NCBI GenBank assembly: GCA_964537315.1
Contig: CAZIAP010000005.1
Span: forward strand, 18,669-82,668
Length of the DNA: 64,000 bases
DNA from: an uncultured Gammaproteobacteria bacterium
GTDB taxonomy: Bacteria; Patescibacteriota; Microgenomatia; Levybacterales; GWA1-39-11
Direction of reading: 5' to 3'
In this document: positions 59,213 through 64,000 of the stretch, in pieces
Numbering within the stretch: position 1 is the first letter of the stretch
How the letters are laid out: every line of letters starts with the position of its first letter
Notes under the pieces: model-generated
What the model was told of the DNA's origin: nothing
The model's input: only the letters and a program-made list of their open reading frames with translations
The model's database searches: none
Made by a program: the position numbers and the translations under genes

Positions 59213-60322
59213 TTATTCGGAGTTAAGATCACGTTCTAAATCTTTACTTTCTTCGTCTTCGACTCCTACTTCAAGCAACGGTTTGCCATCTTGGGACTTT
59301 GCCATTACTTCTTTGTGTATTTTTTGTGCAAGGTCACTATTTTCTCTTAGATATGCCTTTGCGTTTTCTCTGCCTTGTCCAAGCATTTGCTCACCATAAC
59401 GTAGAAACGCGCCTGACTTTGATATAATTCCCGTTTCAATTCCAACATCAAGAAGTCCTCCCTCTCTTGATATTCCTTCACCACTCATCACATCAAACTC
59501 AGCTACACGGAATGGAGGAGACATTTTATTTTTAACTACTTTGACCCTTACTCGGTTGCCGATAACTTTATCACCGTCTTTTAACTGCTCAATTCTTCGC
59601 ACATCAAGTCTTACAGAAGCGTAAAACTTCAACGCTAAACCTCCAGTAGTTGTTTCCGGATTTCCGAACATTACTCCAATTTTTTGTCTCAGCTGATTGG
59701 TAAATATACAGACTGTATTACTACGTGAGATTACACCTGTGAGTTTGCGCAAAGCTTGGGACATAAGGCGCGCCTGCACACCGACCGATGCATCTCCCAT
59801 TTCTCCCTCAAGTTCTGATCTAGGTACTAAGGCTGCGACTGAGTCTACAACGAGCACATCAACAGCTCCACTTCGAATCAGCTGTTCTGTAATTTCTAGT
59901 GCCTGTTCTCCTGTGTCAGGTTGAGAGATGATGAGATCGTCCAACTTAACCCCAATTGTCTGTGCCCATACCGGATCAAGTGCGTGTTCAGCATCAATAA
60001 ATGCTGCAGTTCCCCCACGTTTTTGTGCTTCTGCAATAACTGATAGACAAATAGTAGTTTTTCCTGAGGCTTCAGGACCGTAGATCTCAACGATTCTACC
60101 TCTGGGAAGTCCGCCTATTCCGAGTGCGATATCAAGAGGAAGTGCCCCGGTCGGAACGACGTCAATTTGCAGTTTTTTAGCCGCTTCACCAAATCGCATG
60201 ATTGAACCTTTGCCGTACTGTCTTTCAATCTGCTCCATAGCCATTTTAATGGCATTCATTTTTTCTGTTGCATCTGATTTTTGGTCTCCTGTGGGGATTT
60301 GTGCTTTTGGTGATCGTGCCAT
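59213..60322 (-). CDS. recA: Recombinase RecA
   Basis: [29 protein letters not shown] Walker A and the full conserved RecA core. Confidence 0.95.
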   Translation of the reverse strand: MARSPKAQIPTGDQKSDATEKMNAIKMAMEQIERQYGKGSIMRFGEAAKKLQIDVVPTGALPLDIALGIGGLPRGRIVEIYGPEASGKTTICLSVIAEAQKRGGTAAFIDAEHALDPVWAQTIGVKLDDLIISQPDTGEQALEITEQLIRSGAVDVLVVDSVAALVPRSELEGEMGDASVGVQARLMSQALRKLTGVISRSNTVCIFTNQLRQKIGVMFGNPETTTGGLALKFYASVRLDVRRIEQLKDGDKVIGNRVRVKVVKNKMSPPFRVAEFDVMSGEGISREGGLLDVGIETGIISKSGAFLRYGEQMLGQGRENAKAYLRENSDLAQKIHKEVMAKSQDGKPLLEVGVEDEESKDLERDLNSE

Positions 60323-60386
60323 ACAGTTATATTAATATATCAGATCTATGTTAAAATGCAAGAACAAAATTCGAAAGGAATTCGTA

Positions 60387-60459
60387 AATTTCTAGCCGGG
60401 ATATCGTATAGTGGCAGTATGTACGCATGGGGTGCGTGCGGCCTCGGTTCGATTCCGAG
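60387..60459 (+). tRNA. tRNA-Pro (anticodon GGG)
   Basis: Manual fold: 7-bp acceptor CGGGATA/TATCCCG; T-arm CTCGG-TTCGATT-CCGAG; anticodon arm TACGC-ATGGGGT-GCGTG with U33 and GGG at positions 34-36; D-loop with GG. Confidence 0.65.
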
Positions 60460-60493
60460 TATCCCGACATTACACAAACTTAGTGTCAGTGAA

Positions 60494-61708
60494 TTACCTG
60501 AACTCTATATCTAGAAAGCTTCTTACTTTTGAAAAGATCTGGGTGATTCCTTTTCTTTTGCGTCTCTCGTAAACGGCTACGTTTTTTTCATATATTGATT
60601 CAATTTTGGCTATAGCACGGTCTATAGAAAACTCTGTAGCTTTCAACCGTGAGTTTTCGCCCATATTTTTTCTCAACTCACCATCGTTCAAAAGCTGTGT
60701 GACAGCGCTTGCAAAAGACTTAATATTTGAGCGGACTAAAAGGCCTTCACTTTTATTTTTGATCAGCTCATTAAATGGAGGTATGTTAAGTGTTACTACC
60801 GGCAATCCTGCTGCCATTGCCTCAAGAATTACTTTTCCTAACGTCTCAGTTTTTGACGCAAAAACAAATAGATCTGCGCTATGAAAAATAGAAGGTATTT
60901 TTTTATAATCAACTTCACCAAGAAAGTGAGTAGATTTATTGATCCCAAGTTGTTTTGATAAATTTATTAAATGTTGTTTTTGTGTGCCATTACCAACCAG
61001 GACTAAAGTAGTTTCAGGATTTGACTTATGTATAGTAGCGAAAGAGTGAAGCAACGTATCTACCGATTTCTCCTTTCCCAATCTGCCTACATACAATAAA
61101 ATTTTATTGCCAGAAGGTATTTTCAACTTTCTACGTAAAAAATCGCTATTCCCGGATTTATACTTAGAGAGATCAAGACCATGATGAATAACGGTAATTG
61201 GTTTTGTTACTCCATAACTCTTAAGCTCTTTTCTTGATATATTACTCGGAGAAATAATCTCACTACAAGAGTTTGAGAAAAGTTGTGTAATCTTTTCAAC
61301 TATTTTAGGGTGTATAAGTTTTCCAGCAGGCAAGTAGTGAGTGTAACGATTCCAGAATGTATGATGAGAGAGGATAAAAGGAATATTTTTCCTTTTAGCT
61401 ATTGTCCACCCAAGCATGGTAATTGGACCGTCTCCATGCCCATGAATAATATCAAAGTCCAGCTTCAATAACTGACGAAATGCTCTTTCAGGGAGGTAGA
61501 TAGCCAAACGCATACCCACCTGTTTTTTATAGTTGATCGATGAAAGCCTAATAACAGTGTGTTTTTTATCTTTATATCCAGGATATTTAGGAGCTATAAT
61601 TGTTACTTTATGACCTCGTGCTGCCAACGCGTCAGCGTATTCTGCAACAGAAGTTGCAACACCATTTTTCTGCGGCAGATACCCATCGGCAAAAAATCCT
61701 ACTTTCAT
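60494..61708 (-). CDS. Glycosyltransferase family 4 (GT-B, group 1)
   Basis: N-terminus KNGVATSVAEYADALAARGHKVTIIAP and C-terminal E-x7-E-like region (VFASKTETLGKVILEAMAAGLPVV). Confidence 0.8.
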   Translation of the reverse strand: MKVGFFADGYLPQKNGVATSVAEYADALAARGHKVTIIAPKYPGYKDKKHTVIRLSSINYKKQVGMRLAIYLPERAFRQLLKLDFDIIHGHGDGPITMLGWTIAKRKNIPFILSHHTFWNRYTHYLPAGKLIHPKIVEKITQLFSNSCSEIISPSNISRKELKSYGVTKPITVIHHGLDLSKYKSGNSDFLRRKLKIPSGNKILLYVGRLGKEKSVDTLLHSFATIHKSNPETTLVLVGNGTQKQHLINLSKQLGINKSTHFLGEVDYKKIPSIFHSADLFVFASKTETLGKVILEAMAAGLPVVTLNIPPFNELIKNKSEGLLVRSNIKSFASAVTQLLNDGELRKNMGENSRLKATEFSIDRAIAKIESIYEKNVAVYERRKRKGITQIFSKVRSFLDIEFR

Positions 61709-61762
61709 AATTAAGGATATTTATTATACTTTTTTATCTTGTCATAATCAAAGCAGATATAG

Positions 61763-62494
61763 CTATCTGATTACTTGTTGTTTAACCGGTGGATTTTTTT
61801 GTAATAAGTTTATAAAAATATAACCAAGAACATACTCAAACAACGTCTTTATTATCCCGTTTTTCCATCTTCTTGCAGAAGTTTGCACTTTTAAGTCAGA
61901 AACATACTTAACTATTCCTAATTTCTTCAGTCTTTTTCCGAGGTCCACATCACTGCTCATTATCATATTTATATTAATCCCACCTGCCTTTTTATATGAA
62001 TCACTTCTGAATGCCATATTGAAACCTGAAAAATTAGGAATACCTATGAAAAAAGATAATCTAAGAAAAAATGAATATAAAAGCTGCATGATATAACTAA
62101 GAAATGTATTGTCAAAATCAACTAACGCAGACCCGGTTATCCCGACAACTTTCTTATCATTAAAACACTGTGCTACTGTTTTTAACCATTCTCTATCTAC
62201 TATTGAGTCTGCGTCTGTGCAAGCAATAATGTCACCTTTTGCTGAGTCACAACCTTTTTTCAGTGCATATGTATTACCTTGTGTGGGAGCATTCACAACT
62301 TTAGCACCGTAGGATTTTGCTATCTTAACTGTATCATCGGTTGAGTTGTTATCAGACACAATTACTTCATAATTGTTATCAGGATAATCTTGCTCTTTTA
62401 GAGACTCTAAACAATTAACGATATATTTTTCTTCATTAAAAGCAGGAATAATGACCGATATGTATGGTAAGTTATTGCTAGTTAAATGTTTCAT
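61763..62494 (-). CDS. Glycosyltransferase family 2 (Dpm1-like polyprenyl-phosphate glycosyltransferase)
   Basis: Start adjusted to MKHLTS. ISVIIPAFNEE...SDNNSTDDT...TDADS (DxD) motifs. Confidence 0.75.
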   Translation of the reverse strand: MKHLTSNNLPYISVIIPAFNEEKYIVNCLESLKEQDYPDNNYEVIVSDNNSTDDTVKIAKSYGAKVVNAPTQGNTYALKKGCDSAKGDIIACTDADSIVDREWLKTVAQCFNDKKVVGITGSALVDFDNTFLSYIMQLLYSFFLRLSFFIGIPNFSGFNMAFRSDSYKKAGGININMIMSSDVDLGKRLKKLGIVKYVSDLKVQTSARRWKNGIIKTLFEYVLGYIFINLLQKNPPVKQQVIR

Positions 62495-62531
62495 AAGTAT
62501 TCTATAGTATACTACGAACACAGCATAAGTT

Positions 62532-62599
62532 ATGGAACTTCGTTTAGGTGCACATACTTCAATTATCGGCGGATACACTTCCGCGTTGCAGAGCATTCA
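62532..62599 (+). pseudogene. Duplicated 5' fragment of nfo (first ~22 codons) fused to unrelated sequence
   Basis: MELRLGAHTSIIGGYTSALQSIH is encoded by a 55-bp segment 54/55 identical to the true nfo start at 63355..63409. The downstream ORF sequence is not Nfo-like. Confidence 0.45.
62545..62599 (+). repeat. Direct repeat copy A (55 bp) of the nfo 5' end
   Basis: aggtgcacatacttcaattatcggcggatacacTtccgcgttgcagagcattcat. Confidence 0.85.
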
Positions 62600-62717
62600 T
62601 TCAGATGAACCAGTAGGTAGGACAAGCAAAATATTCAATCGAGGTAACATCAAAGATACATTTAAAGGATTTTTTAATCGTCCTGACGCCACAGTAAGAG
62701 TGGGAGAACCTCGATAT

Positions 62718-63218
62718 TTAGAAAAAATTGATCCAGAAAATTTTGCAAGATTTCAAGAGATTTTGGCAAAAGATGCTAGTCAACGAACACAAGAAGAAGC
62801 AGATTTTCGAAAGTGTTATAGCTGTCTGAACAACGATTACAGCAGCGACTCCGAACATAATCGTATGATATCCCTGAGAGGGAAGGAAGAATGATCTTCC
62901 TGTTCTTTCTGGAAAGTTTTGGATATAACCTTCGAGTCCAAAGACTACAACCAGCCCGATTGCTAGTACAAGTATGTGCCACCATGTTGCCTCATACCAT
63001 TTCCCTTGTCTTTCATAGTTTTGCAACACAACTGCTGCGAAACCTCCAAAGATAGGAAGAAAAATATTATCACCAAACTTGAATGATCTAAATTTGGTGG
63101 TATAGTCTGCACTCTCCATGGTAAAACGAATCACCATCGTGATGTTGAAGGATACGAAGGCGAGAAAAAATCCAAATCCGAATTTCATGCTCCAGAGTGT
63201 CTCCAAGATGTTAAACAT
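62718..63218 (-). CDS. Small polytopic membrane protein (possibly GtrA/flippase-like partner of the GT2 gene)
   Basis: Several hydrophobic helices, directly upstream (same strand) of the GT2 gene. C-terminal end uncertain because it overlaps the nfo remnant. Confidence 0.5.
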   Translation of the reverse strand: MFNILETLWSMKFGFGFFLAFVSFNITMVIRFTMESADYTTKFRSFKFGDNIFLPIFGGFAAVVLQNYERQGKWYEATWWHILVLAIGLVVVFGLEGYIQNFPERTGRSFFLPSQGYHTIMFGVAAVIVVQTAITLSKICFFLCSLTSIFCQNLLKSCKIFWINFF

Positions 63219-63346
63219 CTTAGTAACCTTTCTATTATTACCGAGTTATAAACGAACGAAGCAATTATATCAATAAATAAGCCTATAGTCAAAGAGAGTG
63301 TTTCAGAGAGCCACATCTTTTGTGGCTTGTACGGTATAATTACAAG

Positions 63347-64000
63347 ATGAGAATAGGTGCACATACTTCAATTATCGGCGGATACACCTCCGCGTTGCAG
63401 AGCATTCATGATAAAGGAGGAAACTGTATGCAGATATTTTCTTCTTCTCCCCGTATCTGGAAACGTGCTATTGTTACTGATACACAAATTAAAGAGTTCA
63501 AAGAGACGAAGAAAAAACTGGATATTGATCCGGTCTACTTTCATGCCTCGTATCTTATTAATCTTGCAAATCCTGATAGAGGAGGATATGCTTCAGTATC
63601 TGCACTTACAGAAGAGCTTACACTAGCTCACAGAATGGATATTAGAGGAAGTATTATTCATCTTGGATCACTGGCAAACGGAACATATAAACAACTAATT
63701 ACAAACATCGAAAAAATATTAGATTCAACACCGGATGACGTACAATTTATTGCAGAAAATGCTGGAACAAGAAAAATTGGAACAAATCTAGACGAGCTTG
63801 GAAATATACTTCGAGACGTGTCTAGCAAGAGAATAAAAATATGTCTTGATACCTGCCACTTACATGCTGCAGGATATGATTTGAGTACAGAAAAAAGTTT
63901 TGAACTGTTTTTTGCAGAGTTTGATAAAAAAATTGGTCTTGAAAAGCTTGAAGTGATTCATGTCAACGATAGTCGTGATTCTTTCGGTACAAATAGAGAT
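63347..64000 (+). CDS. nfo: Endonuclease IV (AP endonuclease family 2), 5' partial, runs off the window
   Basis: Hand translation from ATG 63347 gives MRIGAHTSIIGG...MQIFSSSPRIW...YFHASYLINLA...IIHLGS...ICLDTCHLHAAGYD...IHVNDS with no stop to position 64000. The ORF track's 63357..63626 is another frame. Confidence 0.85.
   Translation, partial: MRIGAHTSIIGGYTSALQSIHDKGGNCMQIFSSSPRIWKRAIVTDTQIKEFKETKKKLDIDPVYFHASYLINLANPDRGGYASVSALTEELTLAHRMDIRGSIIHLGSLANGTYKQLITNIEKILDSTPDDVQFIAENAGTRKIGTNLDELGNILRDVSSKRIKICLDTCHLHAAGYDLSTEKSFELFFAEFDKKIGLEKLEVIHVNDSRDSFGTNRD
63355..63409 (+). repeat. Direct repeat copy B (55 bp) inside the genuine nfo start
   Basis: aggtgcacatacttcaattatcggcggatacacCtccgcgttgcagagcattcat. 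One mismatch versus copy A. Confidence 0.85.

Noticed and set aside
63357-63626. 89-aa plus-strand ORF (MHILQLSADTPP...)
   Set aside because: Out of frame relative to the Nfo reading frame that starts at 63347 and matches conserved AP-endonuclease motifs.
1-64000. CRISPR arrays, rRNA genes, transposases or integrases
   Set aside because: No regularly spaced direct repeats with unique spacers were seen. No 16S/23S/5S-like GC-rich structured stretches. No DDE or tyrosine-recombinase-like ORFs. Only one tRNA-like fold (60387-60459) was recognised.

Overview
The window is AT-rich (about 35-40% GC by eye), densely packed bacterial DNA read with the standard genetic code; TGA behaves as a stop. 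Gene content and order suggest a small-genome, probably CPR/Patescibacteria-like bacterium. That assignment is an inference from L30 absence, many short membrane or secreted hypothetical proteins, and Lys/Glu-rich tails on ribosomal proteins.

Layout of the window:
- 1-4 kb: a serine-biosynthesis block (a SerB-SerA fusion, then SerC) followed by the peroxiredoxin Bcp.
- 4-38.5 kb: a varied accessory region.
  - Several secreted or membrane proteins carry Pro/Thr-rich linkers, including three CAP/SCP-domain paralogues.
  - It also holds MsrA, a RadC JAB protein, exonuclease VII (xseA/xseB), a histidine kinase with a receiver-only response regulator, a stand-alone Cas4-like nuclease, an ABC exporter and several DUF-type membrane proteins.
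- 38.7-58.2 kb: the ribosomal-protein super-operon on the + strand, running tuf, rpsJ through rplO, secY, adk, cmk, map, infA, rpsM, rpsK, rpsD, rpoA, rplQ, rplM, rpsI.
  - rpmD (L30) is absent.
  - rpmJ (L36) sits between rplX and rplE rather than after infA.
  - cmk sits between adk and map.
  - An independent transcription unit with its own promoter and terminator lies between rpsJ and rplC.
  - Long palindromic AT-rich repeats of the TTAGAAATTAG family fill several inter-cistronic spacers.
- 58.2-64 kb: recX, a YerC-like HTH gene and recA on the - strand; then tRNA-Pro(GGG); then a GT4-GT2-membrane-protein cluster on the - strand; then the 5' end of endonuclease IV (nfo).
  - A 55-bp segment covering the nfo start codon region is duplicated 810 bp upstream, bracketing a small membrane-protein gene.

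No rRNA, CRISPR array, transposase or integrase was recognised. All coordinates come from manual reading and may be off by 1-2 nt.
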